Positions 1 to 7,990 of a DNA stretch of 42,141 nt are shown in pieces. Source of the stretch: an uncultured Bdellovibrionales bacterium. Lineage in GTDB: Bacteria > Patescibacteriota > Minisyncoccia > Moranbacterales > UBA1568. The notes below the pieces were generated by a model that worked only from the letters and a program-made list of their open reading frames with translations, did no database searches and was not told where the DNA came from. Position 1 is the first letter of the stretch; every line of letters begins with the position of its first letter. The DNA lies in NCBI GenBank assembly GCA_964550545.1, contig CAZJZN010000002.1:1-42141 (forward strand). The letters run 5' to 3'. Made by a program: the position numbers and the translations under genes.

Positions 1-83
1 CTTACCAAAAGCGGGTCTTCTTTCTCTGTCTGCGTTCCTTCTTCCGGGTCCATAACCGAGAAGGTATCGTGTCCGTAGCTCAT
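1..83 (-). CDS. Partial hypothetical CDS (N-terminus only; continues off the left edge)
   Basis: ATG at 83-81 (cat on + strand) opens a frame reading MSYGHDTFSVMDPEEGTQTEKEDPLLV that stays open to position 1. It is too short to recognise and is not in the ORF track. Confidence 0.25.
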   Translation of the reverse strand, partial: MSYGHDTFSVMDPEEGTQTEKEDPLLV

Positions 84-154
84 AGTATCTCTCGTCTGTT
101 TTCTGAATGATGAAGCGCTAAATCAAGAACTTCTCTAAAAAGTAACAAAGAAGT

Positions 155-679
155 GTGAAGCGGAACTCTCAAAAAGCATTTTCTTTTCTAGAGGTGATTA
201 TCTCCCTTTTTGTCTTGTCGGTCGGCTTTCTCGGGGTGATCAACTTGGCGGCAACGACACTTCGCTATTCTTTTCTCCAGCGCGACGCGACCATCGCCTC
301 TATGCTTGTGCAAGAAGGAGCGGAACTGGTCTACACCATTCGCGATACGAATGCCGCGAAAGGAGATCCGGTTTTTACGGGTATTTCCGAGGGATCCTAT
401 CGAGTGAGTCCTCTCGGATCAGGTATTTCCTTGGAGGGGAATTCGGACTCGGTGCTTCGAAGAGACAACAATGGATTTTACATCCATGGAAATGGCGGGA
501 CAGCAACGAAGTTTTCCCGGAGAATTTTTGTATCGGGTTCGGGGTCAACCAGGACTATAGCGGTTGCTGTGACATGGGGGAGTGGGACGCCTCCAGGCAA
601 TCCAAATGAGTCCAATTGCAGTCTTTCGACGACGCCTCGGTGCAGTTTTGCGAGAACCGAGCTTCAGGATACTAATTAG
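155..679 (+). CDS. Type IV pilin-like protein (PilV-like minor pilin/pseudopilin) with prepilin N-terminal cleavage/methylation motif
   Basis: GTG start. The N-terminus KAFSFLEVIISLFVLSVGFLGV matches the class III signal (short basic leader, F-x-x-L-E, hydrophobic helix). SVGFLG is typical of PilV-type proteins. Confidence 0.75.
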   Translation: MKRNSQKAFSFLEVIISLFVLSVGFLGVINLAATTLRYSFLQRDATIASMLVQEGAELVYTIRDTNAAKGDPVFTGISEGSYRVSPLGSGISLEGNSDSVLRRDNNGFYIHGNGGTATKFSRRIFVSGSGSTRTIAVAVTWGSGTPPGNPNESNCSLSTTPRCSFARTELQDTN

Positions 680-686
680 CTTCGCT

Positions 687-1289
687 ATGAATCGAACGCC
701 TCATTCCGTGTCCGCGTCCAATGGGTTTTCTCTCTTGGAAGTGGTGCTTGCGGTATTTATTTTCTCTGTTATTGCCGTCGGAATTACGACGTACTTTGCC
801 AATATTACGTTGGCGAATCAAAATACGAAACGCCTCCAGCAAAATCTTGAAGATACTCGTTTCGCAATGAATCGCATCGCGAAGGTTTTGCGTACGTCGG
901 TCGCTATTAATCCCAATGCCGCTACTGGTGCGGCGGGTACCTCCGTGCAGACGATTCGCATCTATGATTACTCTCAGTCGAGTTGTATCGAGTACGCGTT
1001 TTCTTCGGGTGGAATGAATGAGCGTACGGCAATGCTTCCTGTTGGAACGGTGAATGAGAAGGTGTGGTGTGCCACTGGAAATCCTTCATTCTCCGCATGG
1101 AACGCTCTCGTGAGCGCTTCCGGGAATGCGGTTTTTGAAGGGAGGTTTTTTGTGGTTTCTTCCGAAGATACGAGCCCAAATGAACGCGCGGGTCGTGTCG
1201 TGATGAACGCGAGAATTCGACGGGGCAACAATGAATCAACCATGCAGACGACGGTGTCGCTTCGGAATTACGAAGAAGTCTATCCTTGA
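687..1289 (+). CDS. Type IV pilin-like protein (PilW/PulJ-like) with prepilin N-terminal motif
   Basis: The ORF track opens at 582, but the ATG at 687 gives MNRTPHSVSASNG|FSLLEVVLAVFIFSVIAVGI, a canonical G-FxLxE prepilin peptidase site near the N-terminus. It starts 8 nt after the upstream pilin stop. Confidence 0.75.
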   Translation: MNRTPHSVSASNGFSLLEVVLAVFIFSVIAVGITTYFANITLANQNTKRLQQNLEDTRFAMNRIAKVLRTSVAINPNAATGAAGTSVQTIRIYDYSQSSCIEYAFSSGGMNERTAMLPVGTVNEKVWCATGNPSFSAWNALVSASGNAVFEGRFFVVSSEDTSPNERAGRVVMNARIRRGNNESTMQTTVSLRNYEEVYP

Positions 1290-1335
1290 TCGTGAACGCA
1301 TGACGCGGAAGATGCGCGCCGTATTGTTTTTCGAC

Positions 1336-1368
1336 AAAGCCGGATCGTCCGGCTTTTCTTGTTTTTTC
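1336..1368 (+). terminator. Rho-independent terminator after the pilin pair
   Basis: Perfect 9-bp stem aaagccgga/tccggcttt with loop tcg, followed by tcttgttttttc (T-rich). It lies 47 nt downstream of the stop at 1289. Confidence 0.6.
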
Positions 1369-1438
1369 GGAAAAACCTTGTAAGATGGGGGAAGTTGGAA
1401 TGATACCATTTTCAAGAAACCTCTTTCCCTGGTTTGCC

Positions 1439-1520
1439 GATCACAAAAAAGAATTTTTCTCATATACGATTACGTAAGATTTCGAAAAATTCTTTTTTGT
1501 GATCTCCTCGACAAGAGAGA
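1439..1520. repeat. Intergenic repeat copy A (upstream of proS); contains a perfect 20-bp inverted repeat
   Basis: gatcacaaaaaagaattttt (1439-1458) is the exact reverse complement of aaaaattcttttttgtgatc (1485-1504), with a 26-nt spacer. The first 45 nt match copy B at 2806 in 38/45 positions, and the shared tail gtgatctcct follows. Confidence 0.6.
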
Positions 1521-1547
1521 ACGTATTTTTTAGAAATGGTATGAAAC

Positions 1548-2789
1548 ATGAATCATATGAAACACTCGGAACTCTTTACGAAAACACGAAAAGAAGATCC
1601 GTCGGACGAAGTGAGTCGGAATGCTCGACTTCTCATTCGTGCGGGATTTGTTCACAAAGAAATGGCGGGAGTGTACTCGTTTCTGCCACTCGGCATGAGA
1701 GTGCTCCAAAAAATAGAAGCGATTGTGCGAGAAGAAATGAACGCGATCGGTGGTCGAGAAGTTCGCATGGCGACACTGCACTCAAGCGAACCATGGAAGC
1801 AAACGGGCGCGTGGGACAAAGTTGACGTGGTATTTAAAATACGTAGTCGCACCAAAAAAGAGTATACCGTCGGTCAAAGCGAAGAGGAAATAGTAACGCC
1901 GATCGCAAAAAAATATATTACCTCCTACAAAGATCTTCCCCTTGCGATTTATCAAATTGGGCAGAAATATCGGGATGAATTGCGTGCAAAGTCCGGCATC
2001 ATGCGCGGGCGCGAGTTTACCATGAAGGATATGTATTCGTTCCACGAAACGCAAGAGGACTTCGATCGCTTTTATGCGGTTGCAAAAGAGGCATACCTTC
2101 GAGTGTATACTCGGTGCGGTTTGATTGCAAAGGCTACTGAAGCGTCAGGAGGAAGCTTTACTGAAAAGCTCTCCTACGAGTTCATGGTACTCACCACTGC
2201 AGGTGAAGATGATATTTTGTACTGTACCAATTGTTCCTATTGCGCAAATATTGAAGTGAGCTCACAAAAAGAGGGCGAGGGCTGTACGCGATGTAAGAGT
2301 GGAAAGTTATTGAGCGCGAAGGCATCTGAAGTGGGAAATATTTTTGATCTCGGAAAAAAATATACGAAGGATTTTTCCTTGACATTCAAAGATAAAAGCG
2401 GCGAAGAGGTTTATCCGGTTATGGGATGTTTCGGTATTGGCATCACGCGTCTTATGGGAGTGATTGTTGAATGTTTCTCCGATGAGAAGGGAATCGTTTG
2501 GCCTGAGAGCGTGGCGCCGTTTCGGGTTCACTTGCTCTCGCTCGGAATGGACAAAGAGGCGAATGAATGGTACGAAAAATTGCAGAGCGCGGGAATCGAG
2601 ACGCTTTTTGATGATCGTGAGGTGAGCGCGGGGGAGAAATTTGGCGATAGCGATCTTCTTGGAATGCCGTGGCGCGTCGTTGTGTCGAAACGCTCGCTCG
2701 AAAAGGGCGGTGCGGAAGTGAAGCGACGGACGGAGAGCGAATCGAAAATGGTGTTATTTGAGGAGGCGTTGAGTATCCTAAAGCGATAA
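1548..2789 (+). CDS. proS: Prolyl-tRNA synthetase, short form lacking the INS editing domain
   Basis: Class II aaRS motifs are present (RAGFVHKEMAGVYSFLPLG, FTMKDMYSFH, GCFGIGITRLMG). The bacterial-type C-terminal anticodon-binding domain is present (VAPFRVHLL...FGDSDLLGMPWRVVVS). At 413 aa it is far shorter than the ~570 aa of INS-containing enzymes. The start could instead be M4 at 1557. Confidence 0.93.
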   Translation: MNHMKHSELFTKTRKEDPSDEVSRNARLLIRAGFVHKEMAGVYSFLPLGMRVLQKIEAIVREEMNAIGGREVRMATLHSSEPWKQTGAWDKVDVVFKIRSRTKKEYTVGQSEEEIVTPIAKKYITSYKDLPLAIYQIGQKYRDELRAKSGIMRGREFTMKDMYSFHETQEDFDRFYAVAKEAYLRVYTRCGLIAKATEASGGSFTEKLSYEFMVLTTAGEDDILYCTNCSYCANIEVSSQKEGEGCTRCKSGKLLSAKASEVGNIFDLGKKYTKDFSLTFKDKSGEEVYPVMGCFGIGITRLMGVIVECFSDEKGIVWPESVAPFRVHLLSLGMDKEANEWYEKLQSAGIETLFDDREVSAGEKFGDSDLLGMPWRVVVSKRSLEKGGAEVKRRTESESKMVLFEEALSILKR

Positions 2790-2805
2790 TGCCACCTGGT
2801 TCGTC

Positions 2806-2891
2806 GATCATAAAAAAGAATTTTCCTTATATACGACTCCGAAAGATTTTTCCCCGCCTTGGCGGGATGGTGATCTCCTTAAAAAGAGAGT
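2806..2891. repeat. Intergenic repeat copy B (downstream of proS), direct orientation relative to copy A
   Basis: gatcataaaaaagaattttccttatatacgactccgaaagatttt matches 1439-1483 in 38/45 positions. Its middle is replaced by a GC hairpin cccgccttggcggg. The shared tail gtgatctcct (2870-2879) and an a-agagag extension follow. Confidence 0.6.
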
Positions 2892-2928
2892 AGAGCTCAT
2901 TTCAAAATTATTTTTGAGATGAGCTCTA
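2891..2928. terminator. Candidate bidirectional terminator hairpin between convergent proS and the GT4 gene
   Basis: tagagctcatttcaaaa / ttttgagatgagctcta form a ~17-bp stem with one mismatch and a 4-nt loop. T-runs flank it on both strands (attttggg on +, ctctttttaa on -). Confidence 0.45.
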
Positions 2929-2983
2929 ATTTTGGGTGAGTGGAGTCTGATGAATTTCTGAGTTCGTCGGTTGCGAGAGAAAA

Positions 2984-4096
2984 TCATTCTCCGAGAATCC
3001 ACTCAAGTGTTTTCTTGGCGGAACGGTCCCATGAAAATTTCTCAAGCTGTTTTTTCCCTCGATCGATGAGGGATTTTTGCATTTCTTCATCCGTCCAGAG
3101 GGATCGTATCGACTCGGCGAGCGCGTCGACGCTATCGGCGTCAACGAAGAGAGTGGCGTCTCCGGCAACTTCGGGAAGGCTTGAGTTATTTGCGGTGATC
3201 ACGGGGATTTCGGCGGCAAACGCTTCCAGAATCGGCAGACCGAATCCCTCGTAGAGCGAGGGAAAAACAAATATTCGCGCCTCGCGATAGAGCGAGGCGC
3301 GCTCTTTGAAGGAAATGCGGTCGGTGATGATAATGCGATCTCGGAACGGATGTTCCTCTCGAGCGCGGAAAACGCTTTCGCTCATCCACGCGGCTTCGCC
3401 GGCAATGACCAGTTTCATATCCGGGGAGTGCGGAGCGCAGAATTCGAATGCTTGTAGAAGGCGGAGGAGATTTTTTCTCGGTTGAATGGCGCCGACATAG
3501 AGAAGATACCGCTTTGACTTTAGGTGGAACTTCTCGAGGATGGAAGCGCTTTCTGCTGGAGGAACCGAGTTGTCCGGAGCGTCAAATCCGTGGTGAATGA
3601 CGCGAATCTTTTCTTCCAAGGTGTCGGGATAGTATTTGAGGATATCTCGCTTGGTTGATTCGGAAACGGCAATGAGTCGACTCGCTCGTTGTACGGCAAA
3701 ATCGGTAAACCAATTGAGGCGACGGCGATCGCGCGCGGGGAAGTGTTCGGGAAAAAGCTTGAACGCAAGATCATGTATGGTGACGATTGACTGAGTGTCT
3801 TTCGGAAGGAAGAAGGGAAGTGTTTGTACGGGGACGAAGAGTCGGTCGGGTTTGAGTCGGAAGATCTCTGCCGAGAATCGGGTTTGTGTCCAAAAAAAAG
3901 GAAAGGGAATGGTGTGTGGGAAATAGTTGGGGAGGCGGGGCGGCGCGAGCGCCGGATTGAACGACTGACGATGAAAGAGGTGCCACATATGTTCCGGAGC
4001 GATCCGACCGAATCGTTCGAGAAGTCGGAGAAGGTACACGCGAGTTCCGTCGATACGGTCCGCGTCGAGGTCAGCCGATTGAATGGCAATGTTCAT
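2984..4096 (-). CDS. Glycosyltransferase family 4 (GT-B fold, retaining type)
   Basis: C-terminal E-x7-E region EGFGLPILEAFAAEIPVITANNSSLPEVAGDA is present. It has a typical GT4 architecture and length (370 aa). Confidence 0.85.
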   Translation of the reverse strand: MNIAIQSADLDADRIDGTRVYLLRLLERFGRIAPEHMWHLFHRQSFNPALAPPRLPNYFPHTIPFPFFWTQTRFSAEIFRLKPDRLFVPVQTLPFFLPKDTQSIVTIHDLAFKLFPEHFPARDRRRLNWFTDFAVQRASRLIAVSESTKRDILKYYPDTLEEKIRVIHHGFDAPDNSVPPAESASILEKFHLKSKRYLLYVGAIQPRKNLLRLLQAFEFCAPHSPDMKLVIAGEAAWMSESVFRAREEHPFRDRIIITDRISFKERASLYREARIFVFPSLYEGFGLPILEAFAAEIPVITANNSSLPEVAGDATLFVDADSVDALAESIRSLWTDEEMQKSLIDRGKKQLEKFSWDRSAKKTLEWILGE

Positions 4097-4118
4097 AGTT
4101 CATACGAAAAAACCGGTA

Positions 4119-4571
4119 TTATTTTTTTTGTTTCTCGCTAAATACTTCATCAAAGAGAGTGAAGGCGAGTATTCCCGCGCAAAGAACGAGACCGGGAATG
4201 ATAAACGGATGAAAACCGATGAGCGCGTTTCCAAAGAGGAACATTGCCCAGAGAAGAAAACCGAAAAAAAACAGGCGGGGCGCAAAAGGAGAACGTGATT
4301 TTTTCTGTTCGAACGCTTCAGTTGGGAGAGAGGCGGCAAGGGAGCGCTCCAAAGAGAGGGCAATGCCAATGCCGATGATAAAGAAAATGCTGCCGTACCG
4401 GAGAGAGATGGTGCCGGGAAGAATGCTTTCCAAAGAAAGTATTGCGGCAAGCGCGATGAGGGAGAGGGTAATCCCTTCATGGAAGAGGAGAAGCAGAACG
4501 AGGCGAAGCTCTTGCCGGTTATTTTGCTTAAGAAATGGCGAGATGAATTGAAACGGATTCAATATCTTCAT
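4119..4571 (-). CDS. Small polytopic membrane protein, function unknown
   Basis: 150 aa with about four hydrophobic segments (LRLVLLLLFHEGITLSLIALAAIL, IFFIIGIGIAL, LFFFGFLLWAMFLFG, IIPGLVLCAGILAF). It is tightly packed between neighbouring minus-strand genes. Confidence 0.55.
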   Translation of the reverse strand: MKILNPFQFISPFLKQNNRQELRLVLLLLFHEGITLSLIALAAILSLESILPGTISLRYGSIFFIIGIGIALSLERSLAASLPTEAFEQKKSRSPFAPRLFFFGFLLWAMFLFGNALIGFHPFIIPGLVLCAGILAFTLFDEVFSEKQKK

Positions 4572-4586
4572 AGTGTTTGAGAATGC

Positions 4587-5930
4587 TCAGGGTGTGGGAA
4601 GGTACCGAGAAAGCGCTCTGTTTTTGAGTTGTGAAAGGCGAAGAAAGAGGTTGTTTTGATTGACGGTGGTTTTAAAGGACGCGTCCATCCGGCGAATATT
4701 TGTTTCTTTCGGGAGGGATACGGCTATTTCGTACGTGTCTCCCGGAAGAGAGTCGAGCGATTCGATTGGAATGGAACAAGAGAGCGCGTAGGATGAAAAC
4801 GGGGAGATATCTTCGAGAAGCTGGCAAGACGCGGTGCTCGTGAGAGAGTTGGATGAAACCGGGATCGGATCTCGGTTTCCAAGCCAGAGCGTTCGAATTT
4901 TTTCGCTGTGTATTTCACGTTTCTTTCCTTCCAAGGCGAGATAATATGTATTTTCTTTCGTATCAAGGAAGACGGTTTCGTTCGGGTGAGGCGTCCCGAA
5001 ATCGACGGGCTTTCCTTTTTGTTCCAGGCTGATTTCTTCATCGCTCACCGAAACGACATCTTTCCACGAGTATCCGAGGGAGAGAAAAATATCAACGCCA
5101 AGTATGGCGCGGGGAATCTTTCCATCCATAAGAAAGGCGCCATTCCCCCATGCGAGTGTCGATCCGCTTGGGAATCCAATCCATTCATCGGAGAGTGCCC
5201 GTTCATTGACGAAGGAAATATCTTTTGGGAGCGCCCACGAATCGGGGAAGCGAGCGAGGAAGGCGGCGGGACTCACGAAAGGAATGAGTTTTCCGTTATT
5301 CCACCGGTAGTATGTCCCATCCGAACGAATGAATGCTCCCTCAGGAGGGACATTGCTCGCTGATGAAATGGTGCCTCCATTTCGCTGGAAACGAATGTCT
5401 TCCGGAGAGACAGGAAGGAATGTCGACGGGTCGTAGCCGATGTTTCGGACGGCATCTTCCGAGGGGAATTGTTTGAGTGTCCCATTTGGAGCGACGTGAT
5501 AGAAGCGTTCTCCTTCTCGAAGGAGGGAGCCGTCGGGAAAGGGGGCGGGATCCCCCTCGGGATAAAAGAATGCCTGCTGGGATCGTCGAACGGAGACAGC
5601 TCCGTTTGTCAGTGGTTCGGCGTCATCTTCTCCGGTGAGGAAAATATCGAGTGTTGAATACTCGCCAAAAGCGGAGGCGTTGACGACAAGGGTTTCTTGT
5701 TGCGCGATGCGTCCATTGTCGCGAGATTCTCCGTCGAGATTTCGGGGGCGTACGAGCGTATTATTTTGCGCTTTCGAATTGTGAAAATCGAAAAAGAATG
5801 ATTGTGGAGGAAAAAGAACGGAGAAAGAGAAGAATGCGCCTCCAATGAGAAAGATACTTATGAGAACGAATCGTCCCAAAAGGAAGAGTTGCTTCCATAG
5901 TTTCGGAAGCGAGTGATATGAAGTGGTCAT
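4587..5930 (-). CDS. Membrane-anchored extracytoplasmic protein with four degenerate ~50-aa internal repeats, function unknown
   Basis: N-terminal TM segment LFLLGRFVLISIFLIGGAFFSFSVLF. The start overlaps the upstream stop as ATGA (5927-5930). The repeats are described in findings. Confidence 0.65.
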   Translation of the reverse strand: MTTSYHSLPKLWKQLFLLGRFVLISIFLIGGAFFSFSVLFPPQSFFFDFHNSKAQNNTLVRPRNLDGESRDNGRIAQQETLVVNASAFGEYSTLDIFLTGEDDAEPLTNGAVSVRRSQQAFFYPEGDPAPFPDGSLLREGERFYHVAPNGTLKQFPSEDAVRNIGYDPSTFLPVSPEDIRFQRNGGTISSASNVPPEGAFIRSDGTYYRWNNGKLIPFVSPAAFLARFPDSWALPKDISFVNERALSDEWIGFPSGSTLAWGNGAFLMDGKIPRAILGVDIFLSLGYSWKDVVSVSDEEISLEQKGKPVDFGTPHPNETVFLDTKENTYYLALEGKKREIHSEKIRTLWLGNRDPIPVSSNSLTSTASCQLLEDISPFSSYALSCSIPIESLDSLPGDTYEIAVSLPKETNIRRMDASFKTTVNQNNLFLRLSQLKNRALSRYLPTP

Positions 5931-7774
5931 AGCGATTGGTATGGCGTGATACGGAAAACGGTTCCACTCACGGTTTCTTCTGTGCGGAGAGGGAGTCTCG
6001 ACGGATCAGTTTCCCGCGAGGAAGTGGAAATACGAAGTGTATACGGAAACGACTCCTCAAGAGAGAACTTTTCCTGGAAGGCATCTTGGTAGCGTGCTTC
6101 GTCACCGGAACGGACGATGAGGTATATGTGATCAAATCGATCCGTGTTGAGGTAGAGGAGGTCGTCCGGATTGAAAAAATAAACGGAAGATTTTTTGAAA
6201 AGCGTTCGCAGGGGATCGGCAATCAAAGAGAAGGGATCTCCGGAAGCGAGTCGATCAACGAGAATAAGGTCGCGGTCCGAGAATCGACGTGCCAGTGTTT
6301 CAACGTCCGAGAGGAGGTGAGGATTGTCCGCGGAAGTAAGCATCGGAACCGTCGCCGGAAGCGCGGGAAGAATGAGGAGTCCGAAGAAAAAAAGAGAGAA
6401 AAGTTTCGGTTTGAAAAGGGAAGTGGCGGGATATTTTTTGGAAAATGATTCTTGGAGGTGCGCGATGCCAAAAGAAGAAAGGATGATCAGTGTTGGCCAT
6501 ACGGAAAAGACAAACCGACGGAGCTCCCACGGGTGATCATTTGAAATATGCGAGCTGACAATGTAGACAAAAGTGGGAAGCGCTAAAAAGAAAGGGATGA
6601 GTTGATAGAAACGTTTCTCTCGAAGGAGGAAGAAAGCGGCGAGTATCGCGACGGCAAGAACGGAAATCATCCCGTATGTCCAAAAGAGGGTAAGATTTCG
6701 AGAGAGGTCGGAAAAGATTGAAATGGATTCAATTGCCCCGGTCTTTTCGGAAGAAAAGAAGGAGAGCGCTCCGGGGATCGTTTTCCCGATGGTAATATAA
6801 AAAGGAAGGCTGATGAAGAGACTTCCTCCAAGCAGGAGAAGGAGAAATACAAGAGAAGGTATGAAGGTTGAAAGAAATCGTTGTCGGAGAAATGTTCGAG
6901 AGGCGGGAAAGCAGAAAGGCAGAAGGAGTGCTCCCGCTATAATGGCAATACCTTCTATGCGCGTGAGAAATAAAAAAGCGCTTCCGAATATCGAAATCCA
7001 CCACGAGCGTCTCCCGGGCGTTTGAATGAACATGGTGAGGTGGAATGCCGTCAAAAGGAAGAGCGCGAGCGCGAGGTTTTCACTCAGTGTGATGCCGGAA
7101 ATCCATACCAAGGGGAAGGAAAGCGTAGTGACGGCGAGCCCTCCCGCGGCAAAAGGGAAGGAGAGGAATCTCCGAAGGAGTAAGAAGAGCGTTATGAGTG
7201 AAAGAAAGAACGTGACTGCGTTTGCAAGAGAAAGACCGGTGATGCCAACAAGACTGAAGAATGATGCCAGCCACGCGATATACCCGATTGGGAACTGAGT
7301 TATGAGCGCGCCGTCCGTTCCATAGAAAAATCCGGGGAAATTCAGAGCCTTTCCGATCCCATAGAGCTCAAAATGGTAGAGTTCAAAAAAGGCATCGGAA
7401 ACGGGCGAATGCGTTTTGAGCGACCCGGAGTCCGATAGATGGATGGCGGCATTGGCGTAGGATCCCTGATCTCGACCCGAAAAGACACTGGGAAAAGAAT
7501 TATACAATAACACCAACGTGGCGAGGAGCGCGAAGCCCCCTATTGTTACCAACTCCTTTGAGGGGCGGAGTTTCCAGAGGGCGGCAATCGCTCCGATGCC
7601 GGTAATGATCGCGAGGAGGAAGATATTCTGTTTGGAAAATATCCCGAAAATAGCAAAAAGAACGCTTCCAAAAAGAAACGCGAGCCAAGCAATTGAGAGG
7701 CGCGTATATATATCCGTGTCGTGTTTCGGAAGGGGCGATTCCGTTTTGGAAAGGGGGGCGCCGGGTTCGTTCAT
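5927..7774 (-). CDS. GT-C-like polytopic membrane protein (ArnT/PMT-like putative glycosyltransferase)
   Basis: 615 aa with more than 10 hydrophobic segments over ~470 aa, then a ~140-aa soluble C-terminus. An acidic motif (FSGRDQGSY) sits after the first TM cluster. The family assignment rests on architecture only. Confidence 0.6.
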   Translation of the reverse strand: MNEPGAPLSKTESPLPKHDTDIYTRLSIAWLAFLFGSVLFAIFGIFSKQNIFLLAIITGIGAIAALWKLRPSKELVTIGGFALLATLVLLYNSFPSVFSGRDQGSYANAAIHLSDSGSLKTHSPVSDAFFELYHFELYGIGKALNFPGFFYGTDGALITQFPIGYIAWLASFFSLVGITGLSLANAVTFFLSLITLFLLLRRFLSFPFAAGGLAVTTLSFPLVWISGITLSENLALALFLLTAFHLTMFIQTPGRRSWWISIFGSAFLFLTRIEGIAIIAGALLLPFCFPASRTFLRQRFLSTFIPSLVFLLLLLGGSLFISLPFYITIGKTIPGALSFFSSEKTGAIESISIFSDLSRNLTLFWTYGMISVLAVAILAAFFLLREKRFYQLIPFFLALPTFVYIVSSHISNDHPWELRRFVFSVWPTLIILSSFGIAHLQESFSKKYPATSLFKPKLFSLFFFGLLILPALPATVPMLTSADNPHLLSDVETLARRFSDRDLILVDRLASGDPFSLIADPLRTLFKKSSVYFFNPDDLLYLNTDRFDHIYLIVRSGDEARYQDAFQEKFSLEESFPYTLRISTSSRETDPSRLPLRTEETVSGTVFRITPYQSL

Positions 7775-7838
7775 AGTGTGTATTATAGCCGTTTCTCACT
7801 CTCTGGGCAAAAGCGAAGGATTTCTCTACAATAGAAGC

Positions 7839-7990
7839 TATAGCAACCGCAAAACAAAACAGTGGGTTGCTCAGATTGCAAAAATAAATTTTTTTCACAC
7901 GTTTCACGAATGCTGATCCGACGTTCAAAAAATTTATTTTTGCAATCTTCGCGTGTGTTGAATCTAAGATTTTGTTTTGCGGGTGCTATA
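7839..7990. repeat. 152-bp nested quasi-palindrome in a divergent intergenic region
   Basis: Outer arms 7839-7859 tatagcaaccgcaaaacaaaa versus 7970-7990 ttttgttttgcgggtgctata match in 20/21 positions. Inner arms 7874-7894 gattgcaaaaataaatttttt versus 7927-7947 match in 21/21. The right outer arm ends on the A of the ATG at 7990. Confidence 0.6.

Noticed and set aside
582-686. 35-aa N-terminal extension of the second pilin ORF, overlapping the first pilin
   Set aside because: The prepilin cleavage motif must lie near the N-terminus. The ATG at 687 places G|FSLLEV at residues 13-14, while the extension would bury it and overlap the upstream CDS by 98 nt.
1290-1547. A possible T-box or other leader riboswitch upstream of proS
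   Set aside because: I could find no T-box consensus, specifier-loop/AGAGA-type features or terminator/antiterminator pair. The region is instead explained by a terminator for the pilin genes plus the inverted-repeat element.
1439-2891. The repeat copies as a CRISPR array, or an IS element with terminal repeats
   Set aside because: There are only two copies, about 1.3 kb apart and in direct orientation. They enclose a housekeeping gene, not a transposase, and there is no spacer-repeat periodicity.
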